From: an uncultured Pelagibacteraceae bacterium | Lineage (GTDB): Bacteria > Pseudomonadota > Alphaproteobacteria > Pelagibacterales > Pelagibacteraceae | Reading direction: 5' to 3' | Length of the DNA: 64,000 bases | Assembly: GCA_902593285.1 (NCBI GenBank) | Contig: CACJHW010000003.1 | Location: 25,260 to 89,259, forward strand | In this document: positions 38,555 through 48,270 of the stretch, piece by piece | Position numbering within the stretch: the stretch's first letter is position 1 | Layout: each line of letters starts with the position of its first letter | Made by a program: the position numbers and the translations under genes | Notes under the pieces: generated by a model | What the model was told of the DNA's origin: nothing | The model's database searches: none | The model's input: the letters and a program-made list of their open reading frames with translations, nothing else

Positions 38555-39559
38555 ATGAAAAAAATAATCACATCTCTATCAAGTGCTTTACTGATTATAT
38601 TTGCATCATTGTCTTTGACAACTGTTGCTAAATCAGCAGAGTTCTTTACGATAGGAACAGGCGGACCTACAGGAGTATATTTCCAAACAGGAAACGCTAT
38701 TTGTAAAATGCTGCACAAATCAGCAATTAGCGCTGAACATGGTAGAAAAAAAGGTACAGCTAAAGCTTATAGATGTACTGCTCCATCCACTGGTGGATCT
38801 AACTACAACATTGGTCAGATAGCAGCTGGAGAATTCCAATTTGGTGTAGCACAATCAGACTGGCAGTATCATGCTGTTAATGGATCTAGTAAATGGGAAG
38901 GAAAACAATTTAGTAATTTAAGAGCAGTTTTTTCAGTTCACAACGAGCCTTTTCAAATTTGGGCTAGAAAAAAAGCAAAAATCAAAGATTTTGCTGGATT
39001 AAAAGGAAAAGTAGTTAACATCGGTAATCCTGGTTCAGGTCAAAGAGGAACTATGGAAGAACTGATGAAAGCGATGGGTGTTGATAATAGTTTCTTTAAA
39101 TCAACAACTGAACTTACTTCTTCTGAACAAGTTAAAGCGCTATGTGACGGAAAAATAGATGCATTTGGTTATTCAGTTGGATTTCCTAATGGTGCTATGG
39201 AACAAGCAGCAACTTGTGCAGCTAAAGCATCTCCGATTAATTTAACAGGTTCTGAGGTTCAAGGTTTAATTAATGGTGCAGATTATTATGCACAGGCAGT
39301 AATACCTAAAGGAACTTACACAGGTCAGAAAAAAGATGCTACAACTTTTGGTGTAAAAGCTACTGTTGTTACTTCTGCAGATGTTTCTGAGGAGCTTGTT
39401 TATTTAGTTACAAAAGCTGTGATGGAAAATTTTGATGATTTCAAAAAACAACATCCAGCATTTGGTTTCTTGGAAAAGAAAAACATGATTAAAGATGGTT
39501 TATCTGCTCCATTACATCCAGGAGCAATAAAATACTATAAAGAAGCTGGGTTAATGTAA
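38555..39559 (+). CDS. TAXI-family TRAP transporter solute-binding protein
   Basis: Signal peptide, TIGTGGPTGVYF, STGGS..NI, NIGNPGSGQR, PLHPGAIKYYKE; GAGGGG SD. Confidence 0.93.
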   Translation: MKKIITSLSSALLIIFASLSLTTVAKSAEFFTIGTGGPTGVYFQTGNAICKMLHKSAISAEHGRKKGTAKAYRCTAPSTGGSNYNIGQIAAGEFQFGVAQSDWQYHAVNGSSKWEGKQFSNLRAVFSVHNEPFQIWARKKAKIKDFAGLKGKVVNIGNPGSGQRGTMEELMKAMGVDNSFFKSTTELTSSEQVKALCDGKIDAFGYSVGFPNGAMEQAATCAAKASPINLTGSEVQGLINGADYYAQAVIPKGTYTGQKKDATTFGVKATVVTSADVSEELVYLVTKAVMENFDDFKKQHPAFGFLEKKNMIKDGLSAPLHPGAIKYYKEAGLM

Positions 39560-39576
39560 TCTAATTTTTATTAATT

Positions 39577-39612
39577 AAAAAGGCCTGGTAATTTTTACCG
39601 GGCCTTTTTTTT
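39577..39612 (+). terminator. intrinsic terminator between TAXI SBP and permease
   Basis: AAAAAGGCCTGGTAA-TTT-TTACCGGGCC-T8. Confidence 0.85.
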
Positions 39613-39630
39613 ATGGTATGAATAATTTTA

Positions 39631-41952
39631 ATGAGCGACTCAATCAGCAGTAAAATTAAAAATAAAATAAGCGAAGACTTATCACCAACTAGAAATATTA
39701 CTGGCTTTCATTTGAAAATTGTTTCAGCAATAGCAATTATTTGGTCATTATTTCAACTTTGGTACGCTTCACCATTTCCATTTATGTTAAATTTTGGAAT
39801 GTTTAAGGGATTGCCAGCAAGGGCAATTCATTTAGGTTTTGCTTTAACTTTAGCCTTTTTAATTTATCCAATATCAAAGGGTAAGAAAATTTCGTTTTTT
39901 GATGTTTTGATCAGTTTTATGGGAGCGATATCGTGCCTTTATATTTATTTTTTTTATGATCAGTTGGTTGAAAGAGGGGGTGTTCTTTTAAATCTTAGAA
40001 TATCAGAAACATTAAATTTTCCATTAGAATTGATTTTAGGAGGATGTGGAATTTTGATTCTTTTAGAGGCTACCAGAAGAGCAATTGGTTTACCTTTGGT
40101 AATTATAGCTAGTTGTTTTTTATTGTTTTCATACTTTGGAAGGTATGCACCTGAAATAATATCGCATGGTGGTTTATCTTTAAATAGACTTGTAGGCTTC
40201 CAGTGGCTTGATCAAGAAGCAATCTTTGGAATTCCAATTGGGGTATCAGTAGATTTTATTTTCTTATTTGTTTTATTTGGTGCTTTGCTTGAAACTGCTG
40301 GTGGTGGAAAATATTTTTTAGATCTTGCTTTTGCAATGGTTGGAAAAATGAGAGGGGGACCAGCAAAGGCAGCAATATTAGGTTCAGGTATGACTGGATT
40401 AATTTCAGGATCTTCAATTGCAAACACGGTTACTACTGGAACATTTACAATTCCAATTATGAAAAAAACTGGTTTTTCAAAAGAAAAAGCTGGTGCTATT
40501 GAGGTTTCCTCATCAGTCAATGGTCAGATCATGCCACCTGTCATGGGGGCGGCAGCATTCGTAATGGCAAGTTTTATTGGCGTAACTTACTTTGAAATAG
40601 TTAAACATGCTTTCTTACCAGCAATTATTTCTTATATAGCATTATTTTATATTTCACATTTAGAAGCCTTAAAATTAAATCTTAAAGGAATGGATGATGC
40701 AGATGTTCCTCATTTAAAAAACACTTTTTTATCTGGGATACATTTTTTAATACCAATTTTTGTTTTAATTTATACTTTGGTTTATTTAAGGTTTACAGCG
40801 TCCTATTCAATTTTTTATGCAACCATTACTTTGGTTTTAGTCAATTTAATAAATTTGTTAATTAAAAACGAATTTAAGAAAGATGCTCTTAAAGAATGGT
40901 TTAATCAAACAATAGTTGGTTTTGAAAAAGGCGCTTTAAATATGGTTGCTGTTGGTATAGCGATTGCAACTGCAGGAATTATTGTTGGTGCAGTTGGATC
41001 TACAGGCTTAAGTACTAATTTAATTATAGTTATAGAATCTATAGCTAAAGATAACGTTACTATATTATTATTTTTAACGATTATTTTGTGCTTACTTTTA
41101 GGAATGGGTTTGCCAACAACGGCAAATTATGTGGTTGTTGCTTCTTTAATGGCGACTGTGTTAGTGGATGTTGGAAATGCCTCAGGTTTTATTTTTCCCT
41201 TAATTGCAGTTCATTTATTTGTCTTCTATTTTGGCTTAATGGCTGATGTAACGCCACCAGTGGGACTTGCCTCTTATGCAGCTGCAGGAATATCTGGTGG
41301 AGATCCCTTAAGAACAGGGGTGCAAGCTTTTTGGTATAGTTTAAGAACAGGAATTTTGCCGATTGTATTCTTATTTAACCATGAGCTTTTACTTATTGGT
41401 ATTGAAAATATTTGGCATGGATTGATTGTAATTATAACTTCTTTAATTGGGATTTTAGTATTTACCTCAGCTACTCAAGGATGGTTTATTAATAAACTTA
41501 AATGGTATGAAATAATTATTTTTTTAGTAATTTCTATTTCCTTGTTATCACCCGACTTTGTTTTAAACAAATTTTATCCAAAATATAATTATGAGGAAAT
41601 TACTAAAATTAATTCAATGAAATTAGACTCAACAAAAGAGATTCAAATTAAAATAACAAGGCCTAGTTTATACGGAGAAAGATATAAGTTATTTGTGATA
41701 TCAAAAAATACTTTTGAGGATAAATTTACTTTAGAGGACTATGGAATTACATTAATGAAACAAGATGACAAAATTATTGTTGATAATTTGAAATGGAATG
41801 GAGAAGCAAAAAAAAGTGGTTTTGAAATGGGAGACTATATAAGTGAATTTAAAATTGAAAATTCAGATAGACCATCCAAAAATATCGTTTATCCTATAGC
41901 AATATTATTGTTAGTAGTATTTGGCTACTTTAACTTAAAAAGAAAAGATTAA
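39631..41952 (+). CDS. TRAP transporter fused 4TM/12TM permease
   Basis: RGGPAKAA, GTFTIPIMK, QIMPPVMGAAAF, GMGLPTTANY, ADVTPPVGLA. Confidence 0.93.
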   Translation: MSDSISSKIKNKISEDLSPTRNITGFHLKIVSAIAIIWSLFQLWYASPFPFMLNFGMFKGLPARAIHLGFALTLAFLIYPISKGKKISFFDVLISFMGAISCLYIYFFYDQLVERGGVLLNLRISETLNFPLELILGGCGILILLEATRRAIGLPLVIIASCFLLFSYFGRYAPEIISHGGLSLNRLVGFQWLDQEAIFGIPIGVSVDFIFLFVLFGALLETAGGGKYFLDLAFAMVGKMRGGPAKAAILGSGMTGLISGSSIANTVTTGTFTIPIMKKTGFSKEKAGAIEVSSSVNGQIMPPVMGAAAFVMASFIGVTYFEIVKHAFLPAIISYIALFYISHLEALKLNLKGMDDADVPHLKNTFLSGIHFLIPIFVLIYTLVYLRFTASYSIFYATITLVLVNLINLLIKNEFKKDALKEWFNQTIVGFEKGALNMVAVGIAIATAGIIVGAVGSTGLSTNLIIVIESIAKDNVTILLFLTIILCLLLGMGLPTTANYVVVASLMATVLVDVGNASGFIFPLIAVHLFVFYFGLMADVTPPVGLASYAAAGISGGDPLRTGVQAFWYSLRTGILPIVFLFNHELLLIGIENIWHGLIVIITSLIGILVFTSATQGWFINKLKWYEIIIFLVISISLLSPDFVLNKFYPKYNYEEITKINSMKLDSTKEIQIKITRPSLYGERYKLFVISKNTFEDKFTLEDYGITLMKQDDKIIVDNLKWNGEAKKSGFEMGDYISEFKIENSDRPSKNIVYPIAILLLVVFGYFNLKRKD

Positions 41953-41954
41953 AA

Positions 41955-42380
41955 TTACCCACCTGGACCTAAATTAGAAGGCTTTATTTTAATAATTTTC
42001 CATACTCCAGATGCAGAGGTAATTATTTTATCATTACACTTTAGCTCACAAAATAAAAACACAAGAGTATTTGTTTTTTTTAAAATTTTTGTATGTCCAA
42101 TAATTTCATCTCCAACTTTTGAAGCTCCTATAAATTTTATATCTAAAGAGATAGTTACACATGGTGCATTTCCTGCAGCTCTATGCGCGGCTGTTCCTGC
42201 TCCTGCATCTATTAAAGCAGATAAATAACCCCCATGAGTTATTCCAGCAGCATTTAAATGATTTTCATTAATTATAGATTTAAATTCATATTCATTTTCT
42301 GAAATAGCTCTAAATAAAACACCTCCATTGTGTTTCATAAATCCAGGTTTAATACTTATTTGCTCAAATTTACTGCTCAT
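41955..42380 (-). CDS. PaaI-family hotdog thioesterase
   Basis: HLNAAGITHGGYLSALID. Confidence 0.88.
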   Translation of the reverse strand: MSSKFEQISIKPGFMKHNGGVLFRAISENEYEFKSIINENHLNAAGITHGGYLSALIDAGAGTAAHRAAGNAPCVTISLDIKFIGASKVGDEIIGHTKILKKTNTLVFLFCELKCNDKIITSASGVWKIIKIKPSNLGPGG

Positions 42381-42386
42381 AAGTTT

Positions 42387-42485
42387 TTATAATACAAAAG
42401 TTAAAATTAATAAAATTATTAAAATAATTATAAAAAAATAAATTACTGATTTTTGTAAAGATGCATTCAAAAGCCAATTAAACAT
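42387..42485 (-). CDS. 32-aa single-pass membrane peptide (hypothetical)
   Basis: MFNWLLNASLQKSVIYFFIIILIILLILTFVL; AAGGA SD; fills the gap between tRNA-Arg and the thioesterase. Confidence 0.55.
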   Translation of the reverse strand: MFNWLLNASLQKSVIYFFIIILIILLILTFVL

Positions 42486-42499
42486 TTTTGTTTCCTTTT

Positions 42500-42576
42500 T
42501 GGTGGACCGCCCAGAACTCGAATCTGGAATCTCCCGGTTCGTAGCCGAGCGCCTTATCCAATTTGGCCAGCGGTCC
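42500..42576 (-). tRNA. tRNA-Arg(ACG)
   Basis: GGACCGC/GCGGTCC acceptor, CTCGG-CTACGAA-CCGGG anticodon arm, TTCGAGT T loop, encoded CCA. Confidence 0.95.
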
Positions 42577-42649
42577 TTTTTAATAATATATTCCATATAT
42601 CAAAGTTTTTGATGTAATTTAACTTATAAAATATTATGTTAATTACATT

Positions 42650-43837
42650 ATGAGCAAAAATTCTAGCGATGTTGTTATTACTTCAGCACTAAGAACTCCA
42701 ATTGGTAGATACAAAGGTTCGTTAAAAAATCTTAGCGCATCAAAATTAGGATCAATAGCTATTAAAGAGGTAATTTATAAATCAAAATTAGATTCAGAGG
42801 AGATTGATGAAGTAATTATGGGGCACGTTTTGACTTCTGGACTTGGTCAAAACCCTGCTAGACAGGCTTCAATCGGTGCAGGATTACCAGTTTCTAAACC
42901 TGCTCACATTGTTAATCAGGTTTGTGGATCTGGATTAAGATCTGTTGTTTCAGGATATCAATCAATTAAGTTAGGAGAAAACCAAATTGTAATTGCAGGC
43001 GGTCAAGAAAATATGTCTCGAGCAACTCATGCAATTTATTATAGAGAAGATAAAAAATTTTCTGAAAAAAAATTAGTAGATACAATGATAAAAGATGGTC
43101 TAATCGATTCATTTAATGATTATCATATGGGTGTTACAGCTGAGAATGTTGCTGAAAAATATAAAATTTCTAGAGATGAACAAGATAATTTTTCTTTAAA
43201 TTCTCAGAAAAAAACAGAAAAAGCATATAGTGAAAGTAAATTTCAGGATGAGTTGATTAAATTGCAAATTGAAGATGGTGATAAAAAATTTATTTTTGAA
43301 AAAGATGAACATCCTAGAGAAAATTTAAATATAGATGATTTAAAAAAATTAAAAACAGTATTCAAAGAAAATGGGACTGTAACACCTGGAAATTCCTCAG
43401 GCATAAACGATGGAGCTGCAGCTTTAGTTTTAATGTCTGGAGAACAAGCAGAAAAAAAATCATTAGAGCCATTGGTTAAAATTGTATCTTGGGCTACTTG
43501 TGGGGTTGAGCCTTCATTAATGGGATTGGGACCTATACCCTCAATTCAAGAAGCTTTATCTAAAGCAAATTGGAAAATAGATGAAGTAGACTTATTTGAA
43601 ATTAATGAAGCCTTTGCAGCACAAAGTATTGCAGTAATTAAAGAATTAAAAATTCCTGAACAAAAAGTTAATGTTAATGGAGGAGCAATAGCCTTAGGTC
43701 ATCCAATTGGAGCTTCTGGGGCAAGAATTTTGGTTACACTTGTCCATGAAATGATTAAACAAGATAAAAAAAAAGGTTGTGCGGCACTCTGTATTGGTGG
43801 TGGTATGGGAATAGCAATGTGTATTGAGAGAAGCTAA
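42650..43837 (+). CDS. acetyl-CoA C-acetyltransferase (thiolase)
   Basis: GQNPARQ, NQVCGSG, EINEAFA, NGGAIALGHPIGASG, LCIGGGMG. Confidence 0.95.
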   Translation: MSKNSSDVVITSALRTPIGRYKGSLKNLSASKLGSIAIKEVIYKSKLDSEEIDEVIMGHVLTSGLGQNPARQASIGAGLPVSKPAHIVNQVCGSGLRSVVSGYQSIKLGENQIVIAGGQENMSRATHAIYYREDKKFSEKKLVDTMIKDGLIDSFNDYHMGVTAENVAEKYKISRDEQDNFSLNSQKKTEKAYSESKFQDELIKLQIEDGDKKFIFEKDEHPRENLNIDDLKKLKTVFKENGTVTPGNSSGINDGAAALVLMSGEQAEKKSLEPLVKIVSWATCGVEPSLMGLGPIPSIQEALSKANWKIDEVDLFEINEAFAAQSIAVIKELKIPEQKVNVNGGAIALGHPIGASGARILVTLVHEMIKQDKKKGCAALCIGGGMGIAMCIERS

Positions 43838-43963
43838 AAAGCTTAATATTCATTTATTTTTTTATTTTTTGTATAATAAAAATATAAGATTAACGAAAAA
43901 ACCTTATTAATGTGATAAAATAAAATCCAATAATGTTTTTTTGGGTATATAAAACATTTAAAA

Positions 43964-46900
43964 ATGAGCGAAAAATTACTTGTTCCTGACATTGGTGACT
44001 TTGAAAATGTTGAGGTTATAGAGATACTTGTAAAACCTGGTGATCAAATTAAACAAAATGATCCAATAGTCACAATTGAAAGTGATAAATCAAGTGTTGA
44101 AATACCTTCTACCATTGCTGGAAAAGTAGATAGTTTAGCAGTTAAAGTTGGTGATAAAGTTTCTAAGGGAGATTTGTTGCTTAATCTCTCACCATTATCA
44201 AAAACATCATCAGAAAGCACTCTTCCAAAAGATACAGAAAATATAATTAAACAAGCTGAAGAAGCAATGGCAGAAAAAAAAGAGGAAAAAAAAATTATTA
44301 GAGAACCAGTAGCAGAGAAAAAACAATCTACAATTCAAGTTGTAAATGGTTCTGATATCGATCCACTTGAAACTCAAGATTGGTTGGAGTCTTTATCTGC
44401 GGTAATTTCCAAAGATGGAAATCACAGAGCCCATTTTTTAATAAAAGAATTAATTAATAAAGCTTATCGTGAAGGAGCAAATATTCCCTATACTCAAAAT
44501 ACACCATACATAAATACAATACCTCCTGAGGCTGAAGTAAAGTCTAGTGGTGATCAAAATATTGAAAGAAGAATTAGATCGTTAATTAGATGGAATGCGG
44601 CAGCTATGGTGGTACGTGCAAATAAAAAATATCCTGAGCTTGGTGGACACATTGGTACATTTGCTTCTGCTGCAACTTTATATGATGTTGGGATGAATCA
44701 TTTTTGGAGAGCAAAAAATAACAAATTTGGTGGAGATTTAATTTATTTTCAAGGGCATAGTGCTCCAGGAATGTATGCAAGGGCCTTCTTAGAAGGTAGA
44801 TTAAATGAAAAACAACTAGACAGTTTTAGACAAGAGGTAAAGCCTGGAGGTCTATCTTCATACCCACACCCTTGGTTAATGCCAAAATTTTGGCAGTTCC
44901 CTACAGTATCTATGGGGTTAGGTCCTATGCTTGCTATATATCAAGCTAGGTACATGAAATATTTAATCAACAGAGGTTTGATTAAAGATGAAGGAAGAAA
45001 AGTATGGGCTTTTTTAGGTGATGGAGAAATGGATGAGCCAGAATCAATGGGAGCAATTGGATTAGCTGCAAGAGAAAATTTAGATAATTTAATATTCGTA
45101 ATAAACTGTAACCTTCAAAGATTAGATGGTCCAGTTAGAGGTAATGGAAAAATTATCCAAGAGCTTGAGGGAAGTTTCAGAGGATCGGGATGGAATGTAA
45201 TCAAAGTTATTTGGGGATCATATTGGGATTCATTAATTGCAAATGACAAATCTGGTCATTTAATTAAAGCTATGAATGAGACAGTCGATGGTGAATATCA
45301 GGCAATGAAAGCTAGGAATGGTGCATACGTGAGGGAAAAATTTTTTGGAAAATACCCTGAAACGCTAGAATTAGTATCAAGCATGTCAGATACAGATATT
45401 TGGAGACTTAATAGAGGTGGTCACGATCCTCACAAAGTTTATGCTGCATATGATAAAGCGACTAAACATCATGGAAGCCCAACAGTGATAATTGCAAAAA
45501 CTATTAAAGGTTATGGAATGGGAAAATCAGGAGAAAGTGTAAATACTACTCATCAAACTAAAAAATTAGATGTTGATGACTTGATGTACTATAGAGATCG
45601 ATTTGATGTTCCCTTAACAGATGAACAGGTTAGAAATATTGAATACTTTAGGCCTGACGAAAAATCTCCAGAAATAAAATACCTAAAAGAAAAAAGAATT
45701 AAATTAGGTGGATATTTACCTGAACGTTCGACTTTTGCTAAACCAATCAAAGCACCCTCAAAAGATATTTTTGATTTCATGAAAGTATCAACTGGTGAAA
45801 AAGAAATGTCTACTACTATGGCACTTGTTAGAATGTTAACAAATTTATTAAGGGATAAAAATATATCTCCTAGACTGGTTCCTATTATTCCTGACGAAGC
45901 AAGAACGTTTGGCATGGAAGGATTTTTTCAAAAAATAGGAATTTACGCGCATGAAGGACAAAAATATGAACCTGAGGATGCAGCTCAATTAAGTTCTTAT
46001 AGAGAAGATAAAAGTGGTCAAGTTTTGGAGGAAGGTATCAATGAAGCAGGCGCTATGTCCTCATGGATTGCTGCTGCAACTGCATATACTAATCATGATA
46101 TCGAAATGATTCCAATTTATATTTTTTATTCAATGTTTGGTTTCCAAAGAGTAGGAGATCTAGCTTGGGCAGCTGGAGATAGTCAGGCTAGAGGATTTTT
46201 GGTGGGTGCAACAGCTGGAAGAACAACATTAGCTGGAGAAGGCTTGCAACACCAGGATGGGCATAGTCATTTAATTGCATCAACTATTCCAAATTGTGTA
46301 ACTTATGATCCTACATTTCATTACGAATTAGCGGTAATTTTTCGAGAAGGCCTAAGAAGAATGCATGAGAAAAATGAGAATGTTTTTTATTATATTACAA
46401 CAATGAATGAAAATTACTCACATCCAGAAATGCCGAAAGATAAAAATTGTGAGGAAGGCATTTTAAAGGGCATGTATAAAATAAAAGAATTTAACAAATA
46501 CAAAAAAACTAAAATCCAACTTTTAGGATCAGGAACAATCTTAAGAGAAATGATGTCTGCCGCAGAGATTTTACAAAATGATTATCAAATTGACAGTGAG
46601 ATATGGAGTGTAACAAGTTTTAATGAATTAAGAAAAGATGGAATGGAGGTAGAAAGATTTAATCTTTTAAATCCCGATAAAGAACCTAAAAAATCTTATG
46701 TTGAGCAATGCCTGGGCCAAACAGAAGGCCCAATTATGGCTGCATCTGATTATATGAGAATGAATTCAGATCAAATCAGACCTTATACAAATAAAAGCTT
46801 TTATTCATTAGGAGCAGATGGTTTTGGAAGAAGTGATACAAGAAAAAATTTAAGAAAATTTTTTGAGGTAGATAAAGAACATTTGGTTGCTTATGGTTTA

Positions 46901-47002
46901 AGTATTTTAGCAAAAGAACAACTTATTACATCTAAACATGCAAAAGATGCAATGAAGAAGTATAATATTGACACCAACAAACCAATGCCAACAAAATTAT
47001 AA
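43964..47002 (+). CDS. aceE: pyruvate dehydrogenase E1, homodimeric type, with N-terminal lipoyl domain
   Basis: DIDPLETQDW, GGHIGTFAS, GDGEMDEPE, NCNLQRLDG; first ~75 aa are a lipoyl domain (IESDKS). Confidence 0.95.
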   Translation: MSEKLLVPDIGDFENVEVIEILVKPGDQIKQNDPIVTIESDKSSVEIPSTIAGKVDSLAVKVGDKVSKGDLLLNLSPLSKTSSESTLPKDTENIIKQAEEAMAEKKEEKKIIREPVAEKKQSTIQVVNGSDIDPLETQDWLESLSAVISKDGNHRAHFLIKELINKAYREGANIPYTQNTPYINTIPPEAEVKSSGDQNIERRIRSLIRWNAAAMVVRANKKYPELGGHIGTFASAATLYDVGMNHFWRAKNNKFGGDLIYFQGHSAPGMYARAFLEGRLNEKQLDSFRQEVKPGGLSSYPHPWLMPKFWQFPTVSMGLGPMLAIYQARYMKYLINRGLIKDEGRKVWAFLGDGEMDEPESMGAIGLAARENLDNLIFVINCNLQRLDGPVRGNGKIIQELEGSFRGSGWNVIKVIWGSYWDSLIANDKSGHLIKAMNETVDGEYQAMKARNGAYVREKFFGKYPETLELVSSMSDTDIWRLNRGGHDPHKVYAAYDKATKHHGSPTVIIAKTIKGYGMGKSGESVNTTHQTKKLDVDDLMYYRDRFDVPLTDEQVRNIEYFRPDEKSPEIKYLKEKRIKLGGYLPERSTFAKPIKAPSKDIFDFMKVSTGEKEMSTTMALVRMLTNLLRDKNISPRLVPIIPDEARTFGMEGFFQKIGIYAHEGQKYEPEDAAQLSSYREDKSGQVLEEGINEAGAMSSWIAAATAYTNHDIEMIPIYIFYSMFGFQRVGDLAWAAGDSQARGFLVGATAGRTTLAGEGLQHQDGHSHLIASTIPNCVTYDPTFHYELAVIFREGLRRMHEKNENVFYYITTMNENYSHPEMPKDKNCEEGILKGMYKIKEFNKYKKTKIQLLGSGTILREMMSAAEILQNDYQIDSEIWSVTSFNELRKDGMEVERFNLLNPDKEPKKSYVEQCLGQTEGPIMAASDYMRMNSDQIRPYTNKSFYSLGADGFGRSDTRKNLRKFFEVDKEHLVAYGLSILAKEQLITSKHAKDAMKKYNIDTNKPMPTKL

Positions 47003-48264
47003 TGTCAGAAACTGAGATTAAAGTACCCAATATTGGAGATTTTAAAGATGTTGAGGTTATTGAGGTATTAGTTACCGAAGGTCAATCAATTAAAAAAAAT
47101 GATGCCCTAATAACAATTGAAAGTGATAAATCTAGCGTAGAAATACCATCAAATTTAGAAGGTAAAATTAAAAATTTAAAAATAAAAGTAGGAGACAAAG
47201 TTTCTGAGGGCGACTTAATTTTAACTGTAGATAGTGTTTCAGAAGTTAAAAAGGAAGAGGTTAAAGAAAAACCAGAAATTGAAAAAGAGTCAAAAAATAT
47301 TGAGGCAATAAAACCTGAAATCCAAGAAAAAACATTTTCTAAAAATAATATTTCAGACATTTCATCTGCAAGTCCAAAAGCTAGAAAATTTGCTAGAGAA
47401 CTTGGTGTAGATATTAATCAAGTAGCAGGAAGTCAGAAAGATGGAAGAGTTGTTGAAGATGATATTAAAAAATTTGTTTCATCTAATTCAAAAAAAAACG
47501 TTGTAGAAAAAGATAGTAAACCAGATAAAATTAAAAACGAATTTGAACATTCTGATTTTGGTGAAATAGAAATTAAAGAAATACCAAGAGTAAAAAAATT
47601 ATCATCAAAATATCTTACAAATTCATGGACAACAATTCCTCATGTTACAAATCACGATGAAGCCGACATAACAGAGATGGAAAGTTTTAGAAGTTCATTA
47701 ACAGATATGTATACTGGAGAAAAAATTAAAATTACACCTCTAGCATTTATAATTAAGGCTTTAGTTGCATCTCTTAAGAAATTTCCTAGTTTTAATTCTT
47801 CTATCGATGAAATTGAGACTGGAAAAATGACTTTAAAAAAATATTACCATATTGGGATAGCAGTTGACACTCCAAATGGATTAATGGTTCCAAAAATAAG
47901 AAATGCAAATAACAAAAAAATTTCTCTGATAAGCAAAGAATTAAAAGAGGTAAGCGAACTTTGTAGAAATTTAAAAATTGATAAAAAAGAATTGTTTGGT
48001 GGATCGATGACGATTACGAGTTTAGGTGGTATAGGAGGTTCATTTTTTACTCCTATAATTAATTACCCTGAAGTTGCTATATTAGGAGTAGGAAGATCAG
48101 AAAAAAAACAAGTTTTTATGAATGGAAAGTTTCAAACTAGGACTATGCTGCCAATTTCTTTATCTTATGATCACAGAATTATTGATGGTGCAGAAGCAGC
48201 CAGGTTTAATAATGATCTAAAAGAAAACTTAGGCAAAAATTTTGCCTATAAACTAGCTGTCTAA
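47002..48264 (+). CDS. aceF: dihydrolipoamide acetyltransferase E2 (single lipoyl domain)
   Basis: ESDKS lipoyl motif, ASPKARKFARELG E3-binding domain, DHRIIDG. Confidence 0.93.
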   Translation: MSETEIKVPNIGDFKDVEVIEVLVTEGQSIKKNDALITIESDKSSVEIPSNLEGKIKNLKIKVGDKVSEGDLILTVDSVSEVKKEEVKEKPEIEKESKNIEAIKPEIQEKTFSKNNISDISSASPKARKFARELGVDINQVAGSQKDGRVVEDDIKKFVSSNSKKNVVEKDSKPDKIKNEFEHSDFGEIEIKEIPRVKKLSSKYLTNSWTTIPHVTNHDEADITEMESFRSSLTDMYTGEKIKITPLAFIIKALVASLKKFPSFNSSIDEIETGKMTLKKYYHIGIAVDTPNGLMVPKIRNANNKKISLISKELKEVSELCRNLKIDKKELFGGSMTITSLGGIGGSFFTPIINYPEVAILGVGRSEKKQVFMNGKFQTRTMLPISLSYDHRIIDGAEAARFNNDLKENLGKNFAYKLAV

Positions 48265-48270
48265 TTAAAA

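Noticed and set aside
28861-42576. Genomic island bounded by the two tRNAs
   Set aside because: No integrase or duplicated tRNA 3' end seen; the content includes core genes (carD, fdxA) and composition looks unchanged
42486-42596. N-terminal part of the 69-aa ORF 42387-42596
   Set aside because: It is a translation of the tRNA-Arg gene; only the part from ATG 42485 is plausible
43932-43958. AATGTTTT...AAAACATT inverted repeat before aceE as a riboswitch or operator
   Set aside because: Short, A/T-rich, with no recognisable aptamer features
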